In this document: in pieces, positions 40,601 to 53,500 of the stretch
Numbering within the stretch: position 1 is the stretch's first letter
Layout of the letters: each line of letters opens with the position of its first letter
Source of the DNA: Eledone cirrhosa
Lineage: Eukaryota
Assembly: GCA_964016885.1 (NCBI GenBank)
Contig: OZ024741.1
Span: forward strand, 361,708,001 to 361,772,000
Direction of reading: 5' to 3'
Length of the DNA stretch: 64,000 nt
The notes under the pieces: model-generated
Seen by the model: only the letters and a program-made list of their open reading frames with translations
Told to the model about the DNA's origin: nothing
Databases searched by the model: none
Position numbers and translations under genes: made by a program

Positions 40601-43600
40601 ACCTAAAGCATCTGTTTATGATGTCTCTTTTCCCTAGATACCAGAAGCATGTCTTTATGATGTCTCACTTCCCTAGATACCAGAAGCATGTGTTTATGAT
40701 GTCTCTCTTCCCTACATACCAGAAGCATGTGTTTATGATGTCTCTCTTCCCTAGATACCAGAAGCATGTTTTTATGATGTTTCTCAGCCCTAGATACCTA
40801 AAGCATGTGTTTATGATGTCTCTCTTCCCTAGATACCAGAAGCATGTGTTTATGATGTCTCTCTTCCCTAGATACCAGAAGGATGTGTTTATGATGTCTC
40901 TCTTCCCTAACTACCAGAAGCATGTGTTTATGATGTCTCTCTTCCCCAGATACCAGAAGCATGTGTTTATGATGTCTCTCTTCCCTAGATACCTAAAGCA
41001 TCTCTTTATGATGTTTCTCTTCCCTAGATACCTAAAGCATGTCTTTATGATGTTTCTCTTCCCTAGACAGCTAAAGCATGTCTCTATGACGTCTCTTTTT
41101 TCCCTAAATACCAGAAGCATGTGTTTATGATGTCTCTCTTCCCTAGATACTTAAAGCATGTGTTTATGATGTTTCTCTTCCCTAGATACCTAAAGCATGT
41201 GTTTATGCTGTCTCTCTTCCCTAGATACCAGAAGCATGTGTTTATGATGTCTCTCTTCCCTAGATACCTGAAGCATGTGTTTATGATGTTTCTCTTCCCT
41301 AGATAGCAGAAGCATGTGTTTATGATGTTTCTCATCCCTAGATACCTAAAGCATGTGTTTATGATGTCTCTCTTCCCTAGATACCAGAAGCATGTCTTTA
41401 TGATGTCTCTCTTCCCTAGATACCAGAAGCATGTGTTTATGATGTCTCTCTTCCCTACATACCAGAAGCATGTGTTTATGATGTCTCTCTTCCCTAGGTA
41501 CCAGAAGCATGTGTTTATGATGTTTCTCAGCCCTAGATACCAGAAGCATGTGTTTATGATGTCTCTCTTCCCTAGATACCAGAAGCATGTGTCTATGAAT
41601 TTTCTCGTCCCTAGATATCTAAAGCATGTGTTTATGATGTCTCTCTTCCCTAGTTACTACAAGCATGTGTTTATGATGTCTCTCTTCCCTAGATACCAGA
41701 AGCATGTTTTTATGATATTTCTCGTCCCTAGATACCCAAAGCATGTGTTTATGATGTCTCTCTTCCCTAGGTACCAGAAGCATGTGTTTATGATGTCTCT
41801 CTTCCCTAGATACCTAAAGAATGTCTTTATGATGTTTCTCTTCCCTAGATAGCTAAAGCATGTGTTTATGATGTCTCTCTTCCCTAGATACCACAAGCAT
41901 GTGTTTATGATGTCTCTCTTCCCTAGATACCACAAGCATGTGTTTATGATATCTCTCTTCCCTAGATACCAGAAGCATGTGTTTATGATGTTTCTCATCC
42001 CTAGATACCACAAGCATGTGTTTATGATGTCCCTCTTCCCTAGATACCTAAAGAATGTCTTTATGATGTTTCTCTTCCCTAGACACCTAAAGCATGTGTT
42101 TATGATGTCTCTCTTCCATTGATACATGGAGCATGTGTTTATGATGTCTCTCTTCCCTTCATACATGGAGAATGTGTTTATGATGTCTCTCTTCCCTAGA
42201 TACCTAAAGCATGTGTTTATGATGTCTCTCTTCCCTAGATACCAGAAGCACGTATTTATGATGTCTCTCTTCCCTAGATACCAGAAGCATGTGTTTATGA
42301 TGTCTATCTTCCCTACATACCAGCAGCATGTGTTTATGATGTCTCTCTTCTCTAGATACCAGAAGCATGTGTTTATGATGTTTCTCATCCCTAGATACCT
42401 AAAGCATGTGTTTATGATGTCTCTCTTCCCTAGATACCAGAAGCATATGTTTATGATGTCTCTCTTCCCTAGATACCAGAAGCATCAGTTTATGACGTCT
42501 CTCTTTCCTAGATACCAGAAGCATGTGTTTATGATGTCTCTCTTCCCTAGATATCACAAGCATGTGTTTATGATGTTTCTCATCCATAGATACCTAAAGA
42601 ATGTGTTTATGATGTCTCTCTTCCCTAGATACCTGAAACATGTGTTTATGATGTTTCTCATCGCTAGATACCTAAAGCATGTGTTTATGATGTCTCTCTT
42701 CCCTGGATACCAGAAGCATGTGTTTATGATGTCTCCCTTCCCTAGATACCAGAAGCATGTGTTTGTGATGTCTCTCTTCCCTAGATACCAGAAGCATATG
42801 TTTATGATGTCTCTCTTCCCTAGATACCAGAAGTATGTGTTTATGATGTCTCCCTTTCCTAGATACCAGAAGCATGTGTTTATGATATCTCTCTTCCCTA
42901 GATATCACAAGCATGTGTTTATGATGTTTATCATCCCTGGATATCTAAAGCATGTCTTTATGATGTCTCTCTTCCCTAGATACCAGAAGCATGTGTTTAT
43001 GATGTCTCCCTTCCCTAGATACCAGAAGCATGTGTTTATGATGTCTCTCTTCCCTAGATACCAGAAGCATATGTTTATGATGTCTCTCTTCCCTAGATAC
43101 CAGAAGCATGTGTTTATGATGTCTCTCTTTCCTAGATACCAGAAGCATGTGTTTATGATATCTCTCTTCCCTAGATATCACAAGCATGTGTTTATGATGT
43201 CTCTCTTCCTCCGATACCAGAAGCATGTGTTTATGATGTCTCTCTTCCCTAGATACCAGAAGCATGTGTTTATGATGTCTCTCATCCCTAGAAACCAGAA
43301 GCATGTGTTTATGATGTCTCTCTTCCCTAGATACCAGAAGCATGTGTTTATGATGTCTCTCTTCCCTAGATACCTAAAGCATGTGTTTATGATGTCTCTC
43401 TTCCCTAGATACCTAAAGCATGTGTTTATGATGTCTCTCTTCCCTAGATACCAGAAGCATGTATTTATGATTTTTCTCGTCCCTACATACCTAAAGCATG
43501 TGTTTATGATGTCTCTCTTCCCTAGATACCAGAAGCATGTGTTTATGATGTCTATTTTCCCTAGATACCAGAAGCACGTGTTTATGATGTCTCTCTTCCC

Positions 43601-44500
43601 TAGATACCTAAAGCATGTGTTTATGATGTTTCTCTTCCCTAGATACCTAAAGCATGTGTTTATGATGTCTCTCTTCCCTAGATACCAGAAGCATGTGTTT
43701 ATGATGTCTCTCTTCCCTAGATACAACAAGCATGTGTTTATGATGTCTCTCTCTTCCCTAAATACCAGAAGCATGTGTTTATGATGTCTCTCTTCCCTAG
43801 ATACCAGAATCCTGTGTGTATGATGTCTCTTTTCCCTAGATACCAGAAGCATGTGTTTATGATATCTCTCTTCCCTAGATACCACAAGCATGTGTTTATG
43901 ATGTTTCTCTTCCCTAGATACCCGAATCATGTGTTTATGATGTCTCTCTTCCCTAGATACTTAAAGCATGTGTTTATGATGTTTCTCTTCTTTAAATACC
44001 TAAAGCATGTGTTTATGATGTCTCTCTTCCCTAGATACCAGAAGCATGTGTTTATGATGTCTCTCTTCCCTAGATACCACAAGCATGTGTTTATGATGTT
44101 TCTCTTCCCTAGATACCAGAAGCATGTGTTTATGATGTTTCTCATCCCTAGATACCTAAAGCATGTGTTTATGACGTCTCTCTTCCCTAGATACCAGAAG
44201 CATGTCTTTATGATGTCTCTCTTCCCTAGATACCAGACGCATGTGTTTATGATGTCTCTCTTCCCTACATACCAGAAGCATGTGTTTATGATGTCTCTCT
44301 TCCCTAGATACCAGAAGCATGTGTTTATGATGTCTCTCTTCCCTAGATACCACAAGCATGTGTTTATGATGTTTCTCTTCCCTAGATACCCGAAGCATGT
44401 GTTTATGATGTCTCTCTTCCCTAGATACTTAAAGCATGTGTTTATGATGTTTCTCTTCCCTAGATACCTAAAGCATGTGTTTATGATGTCTCTCTTCCCT
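30420..44500. repeat. About 5.15-kb duplication: about 30,420-35,570 repeated at about 39,320-44,500 (the apparent offset of 8,899/8,938 includes the 3,746-bp duplication)
   Basis: ORF offsets 31674/40573 and 32222/41121 are 8,899; 32924/41862, 33188/42126 and 34837/43775 are 8,938. 8,899 - 3,746 = 5,153. Confidence 0.75.
32970..40461. repeat. Tandem duplication of 3,746 bp (96 monomers): about 32,970-36,715 and about 36,716-40,461
   Basis: Apparently identical 552-aa ORFs lie at 33188 and 36934, and 34837/38583 also differ by 3,746. Private variants CTTACCTAC (about 35,322/39,068), TTTATAATG (about 35,386/39,132) and TCACTCTTCC (35,551/39,297) match. Confidence 0.92.
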
Positions 44501-47500
44501 AGATACCAGAAGCATGTGTTTATGATGTCTCTCTTCCCTAGATACCAGAAGCATGTGTTTATGATGTTTCTCTTCCCTAGATACCAGAAGCATGTGTTTA
44601 TGATGTTTCTCATCCCTAGATACCTAAAGCATGTGTTTATGATGTCTCTCTTCCCTAGATACCAGAAGCATGTCTTTATGATGTCTCTCTTCCCTAGATA
44701 CCAGACGCATGTGTTTATGATGTCTCTCTTCCCTACATACCAGAAGCATGTGTTTATGATGTCTCTCTTCCCTAGATACCAGAAGCATGTGTTTATGATG
44801 TTTCTCTGCCCTAGATACCAGAAGCATGTGTTTATGATGTCTCTCTTCCCTAGATACCAGAAGCATGTGTCTATGAATTTTCTCGTCCCTAGATATCTAA
44901 AGCATGTGTTTATGATGTCTCTCTTCCCTAGATACCAGAAGCATGTTTTTATGATATTTCTCGTCCCTAGATACCCAAAGCATGTGTTTATGATGTCTCT
45001 CTTCCCTAGGTACCAGAAGCATGTGTTTATGATGTCTCTCTTCCCTAGATACCTAAATCATGTCTTTATGATGTTTCTCTTCCCTAGACAGCTAAAGCAT
45101 GTGTTTATGATGTCACTCTTCCCTAGATACCTAAAGCATGTGTTTATGATGTCTCTCTTCCCTAGATACCAGAAGCATGTGTTTATGATGTCTCTCTTCC
45201 CTAGATACCACAAGCATGTGTTTATGATATCTCTCTTCCCTAGATACCAGAAGCATGTGTTTATGATGTTTCTCATCCCTAGATACCACAAGCATGTGTT
45301 TATGACGTCCCTCTTCCCTAGATACCTAAAGCATGTCTTTATGATGTTTCTCTTCCCTAGACACCTAAAGCATGTGTTTATGATGTCTCTCTTCCATTGA
45401 TACATGGAGCATGTGTTTATGATGTCTCTCTTCCCTTGATACATGGAGAATGTGTTTATGATGTCTCTCTTCCCTAGATACCTAAAGCATGTGTTTATGA
45501 TGTCTCTCTTCCCTAGATACCAGAAGCACGTATTTATGATGTCTCTCTTCCCTAGATACCAGAAGCATGTGTTTATGATGTCTCTCTTCCCTACATACCA
45601 GAAGCATGTGTTTATGATGTCTCTCATCCCTAGATACCTAAAGCATGTGTTTATGATGTCTCTCTTCCCTAGATACCAGAAGCATATGTTTATGATGTCT
45701 CTCTTCCCTAGATACCAGAAGCATGTGTTTATGACGTCTCTCTTTCCTAGATACCAGAAGCATGTGTTTATGATGTCTCTCTTCCCTAGATATCACAAGC
45801 ATGTGTTTATGATGTTTCTCATCCCTAGATACCCAAAGCATGTGTTTATGATGTTTCTCATCGCTAGATACCTAAAGCATGTGTTTATGATGTCTCTCTT
45901 CCCTAGGTACCAGAAGTATGTGTTTATGATGTCTCCCTTCCCTAGATACCAGAAGCATGTGTTTATGATGTCTCTCTTCCCTAGATAGAAGAAGCATATG
46001 TTTATGATGTCTCTCTTCCCTAGATACCAGAAGCATGTGTTTATGATGTCTCTCTTTCCTAGATAGCAGAAGCATGTGTTTATGATATCTCTCTTCCCTA
46101 GATATCACAAGCATGTGTTTATGATGTTTATCACCCCTGGATACCTAAAGCATGTCTTTATGATGTCTCTCTTCCCTAGATACCAGAAGCATGTGTTTAT
46201 GATGTTTCTCATACCTATATACCTAAAGCATGTGTTTATGATGTCTCTCTTCCCTAGATACCAGAAGCATGTGTTTATGATGTCTCTCTTCCCTAGATAC
46301 CACGAGTATGTGTTTATGATGTCTCTCTTCCCTAGATACCTAAAGCATGTCTTTATGATGTTTCTCTTCCCTAGACACCTAAAGCATGTGTTTATGATGT
46401 CTCTCTTCCATTGATACATGGAGCATGTATTTATGATGTCTCTCTTCCCTTGATACATGGTGCATGTGTTTATGATGTCTCTCTTCCTTAGATACCCAAA
46501 GCATGTGTTTATGATGTCTCTCTTCCCTAGATACCAGAAGCACGTATTTATGATGTCTCTCTTCCCTAGATACCAGAAGCATATGTTTATGATGTCTCTC
46601 TTCCCTAGATACCAGAACCATGTGTTTATAACGTCTCTCTTTCCTAGATACCAGAAGCATGTGTTTATGATGTCTCTCTTCCCTAGATATCACAAGCATG
46701 TGTTTATGATATTTCTCATCCCCAGATACCTAAAGAATGTGTTTATGATGTCTCCCTTCCCTAGATACCAGAAGCATGTGTTTATGATGTTTCTCATCGC
46801 TAGATACCTAAAGCATGTGTTTATGATGTCTCTCTTCCCTAGATACCAGAAGTATGTGTTTATGATGTCTCCCTTCCCTAGATACCAGAAGCATGTGTTT
46901 ATGATGTCTCTCTTCCCTAGATACCAGAAGCATATGTTTATGATGTCTCTCTTCCCTAGATACCAGAAGCATGTGTTTATGATGTCTCTCTTTCCTAGAT
47001 ACCAGAAGCATGTGTTTATGATATCTCTCTTCCCTAGATATCACAAGCATGTGTTTATGATGTTTATCATCCCTGGATACCTAAAGCATGTCTTTATGAT
47101 GTCTCTCTTCCCTAGATACCACGAGCATGTGTTTATGATGTTTCTCTTCCCTAGATACCACAAGCATGTGTTTATGATGTCCCTCTTCCCTAGATACCTA
47201 AAGCATGTCTTTATGATGTTTCTCTTCCCTAGACACCTAAAGCATGTGTTTATGATGTCGCTCTTCCATTGATACATGGAGCATGTGTTTATGATGTCTC
47301 TCTTCCCTTGATACATGGTGCATGTGTTTATGATGTCTCTCTTCCCTAGATACCCAAAGCATGTGTTTATGATGTCTCTCTTCCCTAGATACCAGAAGCA
47401 CGTATTTATGATGTCTCTCTTCCCTAGATACCAGAAGCATGTGTTTATGATGTTTCTCATCCCTTGATACCACAAGCATGTGTTTATGATGTCTCTCTTC

Positions 47501-50500
47501 CCTAGATACCTAAAGCATGTCTTTATGATGTTTCTCTTCCCTAGACACCTAAAGCATGTGTTTATGATGTCTCTCTTCCATTGATACATGGAGCATGTGT
47601 TTATGATGTCTCTCTTCCCTTGATACATGGAGCATGTGTTTAGAATGTCTCTCTTCCCTAGATACCTAAAGCATGTGTTTATGATGTCTCTCTTCCCTAG
47701 ATACCAGAAGCACGTCTTTATGATGTCTCTCTTCCCTAGATACCAGAAGCCTTTGTTTATGATGTCTCTCTTCCCTACATACCAGAAGCATGTGTTTATG
47801 ATGTCTCTCTTCCCTAGATACCAGAAGCATGTGTTTATGATGTTTCTCATCCCTAGATACCTAAAGCATGTGTTTATGATGTCTCTCTTCCCTAGATACC
47901 AGAAGCACGTCTTTATGATGTCTCTCTTCCCTAGATACCAGAAGCATGTGTTTATGACGTCGCTCTTTCCTAGATACCAGAAGCATGTGTTTATGATGTC
48001 TCTCTTCCCTAGATACCACGAGCATGTGTTTATGATGTCTCTCTTCCCTAGATACCAGAAGCATGTGTTTATGATGTTTCTAATCCCTAGATACCACAAG
48101 CATGTGTTTATGATGTCCCTCTTCCCTAGATACCTAAAGCACGTGTTTATGATGTTTCTCTTCCCTAGACACCTAAAGCATGTGTTTATGATGTCTCTCT
48201 TCCATTGATACATGGAGCATGTGTTTATGATGTCTCTCTTCCCTTGATACATGGTGCATGTGTTTATGATGTCTCTCTTCCCTAGATACCCAAAGCATGT
48301 GTTTATGATGTCTCTCTTCCCTAGATACCAGAAGCACGTATTTATGATGTCTCTCTTCCCTAGATACCAGAAGCATGTGTTTATGATGTTTCTCATCCCT
48401 TGATACCACAAGCATGTGTTTATGATCTCTCTCTTCCCTAGATACCTAAAGCATGTCTTTATGATGTTTCTCTTCCCTAGACACCTAAAGCATGTGTTTA
48501 TGATGTCTCTCTTCCATTGATACATGGAGCATGTGTTTATGATGTCTCTCTTCCCTTGATACATGGAGAATGTGTTTATGATGTCTCTCTTCCCTAGATA
48601 CCTAAAGCATGTGTTTATGATGTCTCTCTTCCCTAGATACCAGAAGCACGTATTTATGATGTCTCTCTTCCCTAGATACCAGAAGCATGTGTTTATGATG
48701 TCTCTCTTCCCTACATACCAGAAGCATGTGTTTATGATGTCTCTCTTCCCTAGATACCAGAAGCATGTGTTTATGATGTTTCTCATCCCTAGATACCTAA
48801 AGCATGTGTTTATGATGTCTCTCTTCTCTAGATACCAGAAGCATGTGTTTATGACGTCTCTCTTTCCTAGATACCAGAAGCATGTGTTTATGATGTCTCT
48901 CTTCCCTAGATATCACAAGCATGTGTTTATGATGTTTCTCATCTCTAGATACCTAAAGAATGTGTTTATGATGTCTCTCTTCCCTAGATACCTGAAGCAT
49001 GTGTTTATGATGTTTCTCATCGCTAGATAACTAAAGCATGTGTTTATGATGTCTCTCTTCCCTAGATACCAGAAGCATGTGTTTATGATGTCTCCCTTCC
49101 CTAGATACCAGAAGCATGTGTTTATGATGTCTCTCTTCCCTAGATACCAGAAGCATGTGTTTATGACGTTTCTCATACCTAGATACCTAAAGCATGTGTT
49201 TATGATGTCTCTCTTCCCTAGATACCAGAAGCATGTGTTTATGATGTCTCTCTTCCCTAGATTCCAGAATCATGTGTTTATGATGTCTCTTATCCCTAGA
49301 TACCAGAAGCATGTGTTTATGATGTCTCTCTTCCCTAGATACCAGAAGCATGTGTTTATGATGCCTCTCTTCCCTAGATACTTAAAGCATGTGTTTATGA
49401 TGTTTCTCTTCCCTAGATACCTAAAGCATGTGTTTATGATGTCTCTCTTCCCTAGATACCACAATCATATGTTTATGATGTTTCTCTTCCCTAGATACCC
49501 GAAGCATGTGTTTATCATGTCTCTCTTCCCTAGATACTTGAAGCATGTGTTTATGATGTTTCCCTTCCCTAGATACCTAAAGCATGTGTTTATGATGTCT
49601 CTCTTCCCTAGATACCAGAAGCATGTGTTTATGATGACTCTCTTCCCTAGATACCACAAGCATGTGTTTATGATGTTTCTCTTCCCTAGATACCAGAATC
49701 ATTGTGTTTATGATGTTTCTCATCCCTAGATACCTAAAGCATCTGTTTATGATGTCTCTTTTCCCTAGATACCAGAAGCATGTCTTTATGATGTCTCACT
49801 TCCCTAGATACCAGAAGCATGTGTTTATGATGTCTCTCTTCCCTACATACCAGAAGCATGTGTTTATGATGTCTCTCTTCCCTAGATACCAGAAGCATGT
49901 TTTTATGATGTTTCTCAGCCCTAGATACCTAAAGCATGTGTTTATGATGTCTCTCTTCCCTAGATACCAGAAGCATGTGTTTATGATGTCTCTCTTCCCT
50001 AGATACCAGAAGGATGTGTTTATGATGTCTCTCTTCCCTAACTACCAGAAGCATGTGTTTATGATGTCTCTCTTCCCCAGATACCAGAAGCATGTGTTTA
50101 TGATGTCTCTCTTCCCTAGATACCTAAAGCATCTCTTTATGATGTTTCTCTTCCCTAGATACCTAAAGCATGTCTTTATGATGTTTCTCTTCCCTAGACA
50201 GCTAAAGCATGTCTCTATGACGTCTCTTTTTTCCCTAAATACCAGAAGCATGTGTTTATGATGTCTCTCTTCCCTAGATACTTAAAGCATGTGTTTATGA
50301 TGTTTCTCTTCCCTAGATACCTAAAGCATGTGTTTATGCTGTCTCTCTTCCCTAGATACCAGAAGCATGTGTTTATGATGTCTCTCTTCCCTAGATACCT
50401 GAAGCATGTGTTTATGATGTTTCTCTTCCCTAGATAGCAGAAGCATGTGTTTATGATGTTTCTCATCCCTAGATACCTAAAGCATGTGTTTATGATGTCT

Positions 50501-53500
50501 CTCTTCCCTAGATACCAGAAGCATGTCTTTATGATGTCTCTCTTCCCTAGATACCAGACGCATGTGTTTATGATGTCTCTCTTCCCTACATACCAGAAGC
50601 ATGTGTTTATGATGTCTCTCTTCCCTAGGTACCAGAAGCATGTGTTTATGATGTTTCTCAGCCCTAGATACCAGAAGCATGTGTTTATGATGTCTCTCTT
50701 CCCTAGATACCAGAAGCATGTGTCTATGAATTTTCTCGTCCCTAGATATCTAAAGCATGTGTTTATGATGTCTCTCTTCCCTAGTTACTACAAGCATGTG
50801 TTTATGATGTCTCTCTTCCCTAGATACCAGAAGCATGTTTTTATGATATTTCTCGTCCCTAGATACCCAAAGCATGTGTTTATGATGTCTCTCTTCCCTA
50901 GGTACCAGAAGCATGTGTTTATGATGTCTCTCTTCCCTAGATACCTAAAGAATGTCTTTATGATGTTTCTCTTCCCTAGATAGCTAAAGCATGTGTTTAT
51001 GATGTCTCTCTTCCCTAGATACCACAAGCATGTGTTTATGATGTCTCTCTTCCCTAGATACCACAAGCATGTGTTTATGATATCTCTCTTCCCTAGATAC
51101 CAGAAGCATGTGTTTATGATGTTTCTCATCCCTAGATACCACAAGCATGTGTTTATGATGTCCCTCTTCCCTAGATACCTAAAGCATGTCTTTATGATGT
51201 TTCTCTTCCCTAGACACCTAAAGCATGTGTTTATGATGTCTCTCTTCCATTGATACATGGAGCATGTGTTTATGATGTCTCTCTTCCCTTCATACATGGA
51301 GAATGTGTTTATGATGTCTCTCTTCCCTAGATACCTAAAGCATGTGTTTATGATGTCTCTCTTCCCTAGATACCAGAAGCACGTATTTATGATGTCTCTC
51401 TTCCCTAGATACCAGAAGCATGTGTTTATGATGTCTATCTTCCCTACATACCAGCAGCATGTGTTTATGATGTCTCTCTTCTCTAGATACCAGAAGCATG
51501 TGTTTATGATGTTTCTCATCCCTAGATACCTAAAGCATGTGTTTATGATGTCTCTCTTCCCTAGATACCAGAAGCATATGTTTATGATGTCTCTCTTCCC
51601 TAGATACCAGAAGCATCAGTTTATGACGTCTCTCTTTCCTAGATACCAGAAGCATGTGTTTATGATGTCTCTCTTCCCTAGATATCACAAGCATGTGTTT
51701 ATGATGTTTCTCATCCATAGATACCTAAAGAATGTGTTTATGATGTCTCTCTTCCCTAGATACCTGAAACATGTGTTTATGATGTTTCTCATCGCTAGAT
51801 ACCTAAAGCATGTGTTTATGATGTCTCTCTTCCCTGGATACCAGAAGCATGTGTTTATGATGTCTCCCTTCCCTAGATACCAGAAGCATGTGTTTGTGAT
51901 GTCTCTCTTCCCTAGATACCAGAAGCATATGTTTATGATGTCTCTCTTCCCTAGATACCAGAAGCATGTGTTTATGATGTCTCCCTTTCCTAGATACCAG
52001 AAGCATGTGTTTATGATATCTCTCTTCCCTAGATATCACAAGCATGTGTTTATGATGTTTATCATCCCTGGATATCTAAAGCATGTCTTTATGATGTCTC
52101 TCTTCCCTAGATACCAGAAGCATGTGTTTATGATGTCTCCCTTCCCTAGATACCAGAAGCATGTGTTTATGATGTCTCTCTTCCCTAGATACCAGAAGCA
52201 TATGTTTATGATGTCTCTCATCCCTAGATACCAGAAGCATGTGTTTATGATGTCTCTCTTTCCTAGATACCAGAAGCATGTGTTTATGATATCTCTCTTC
52301 CCTAGATATCACAAGCATGTGTTTATGATGTCTCTCTTCCTCCGATACCAGAAGCATGTGTTTATGATGTCTCTCTTCCCTAGATACCAGAAGCATGTGT
52401 TTATGATGTCTCTCATCCCTAGAAACCAGAAGCATGTGTTTATGATGTCTCTCTTCCCTAGATACCAGAAGCATGTGTTTATGATGTCTCTCTTCCCTAG
52501 ATACCTAAAGCATGTGTTTATGATGTCTCTCTTCCCTAGATACCTAAAGCATGTGTTTATGATGTCTCTCTTCCCTAGATACCAGAAGCATGTATTTATG
52601 ATTTTTCTCGTCCCTACATACCTAAAGCATGTGTTTATGATGTCTCTCTTCCCTAGATACCAGAAGCATGTGTTTATGATGTCTATCTTCCCTAGATACC
52701 AGAAGCACGTGTTTATGATGTCTCTCTTCCCTAGATACCTAAAGCATGTGTTTATGATGTTTCTCTTCCCTAGATACCTAAAGCATGTGTTTATGATGTC
52801 TCTCTTCCCTAGATACCAGAAGCATGTGTTTATGATGTCTCTCTTCCCTAGATACAACAAGCATGTGTTTATGATGTCTCTCTCTTCCCTAAATACCAGA
52901 AGCATGTGTTTATGATGTCTCTCTTCCCTAGATACCAGAATCCTGTGTGTATGATGTCTCTTTTCCCTAGATACCAGAAGCATGTGTTTATGATATCTCT
53001 CTTCCCTAGATACCACAAGCATGTGTTTATGATGTTTCTCTTCCCTAGATACCCGAATCATGTGTTTATGATGTCTCTCTTCCCTAGATACTTAAAGCAT
53101 GTGTTTATGATGTTTCTCTTCTTTAAATACCTAAAGCATGTGTTTATGATGTCTCTCTTCCCTAGATACCAGAAGCATGTGTTTATGATGTCTCTCTTCC
53201 CTAGATACCACAAGCATGTGTTTATGATGTTTCTCTTCCCTAGATACCAGAAGCATGTGTTTATGATGTTTCTCATCCCTAGATACCTAAAGCATGTGTT
53301 TATGACGTCTCTCTTCCCTAGATACCAGAAGCATGTCTTTATGATGTCTCTCTTCCCTAGATACCAGACGCATGTGTTTATGATGTCTCTCTTCCCTACA
53401 TACCAGAAGCATGTGTTTATGATGTCTCTCTTCCCTAGATACCACAAGCATGTGTTTATGATGTTTCTCTTCCCTAGATACCCGAAGCATGTGTTTATGA

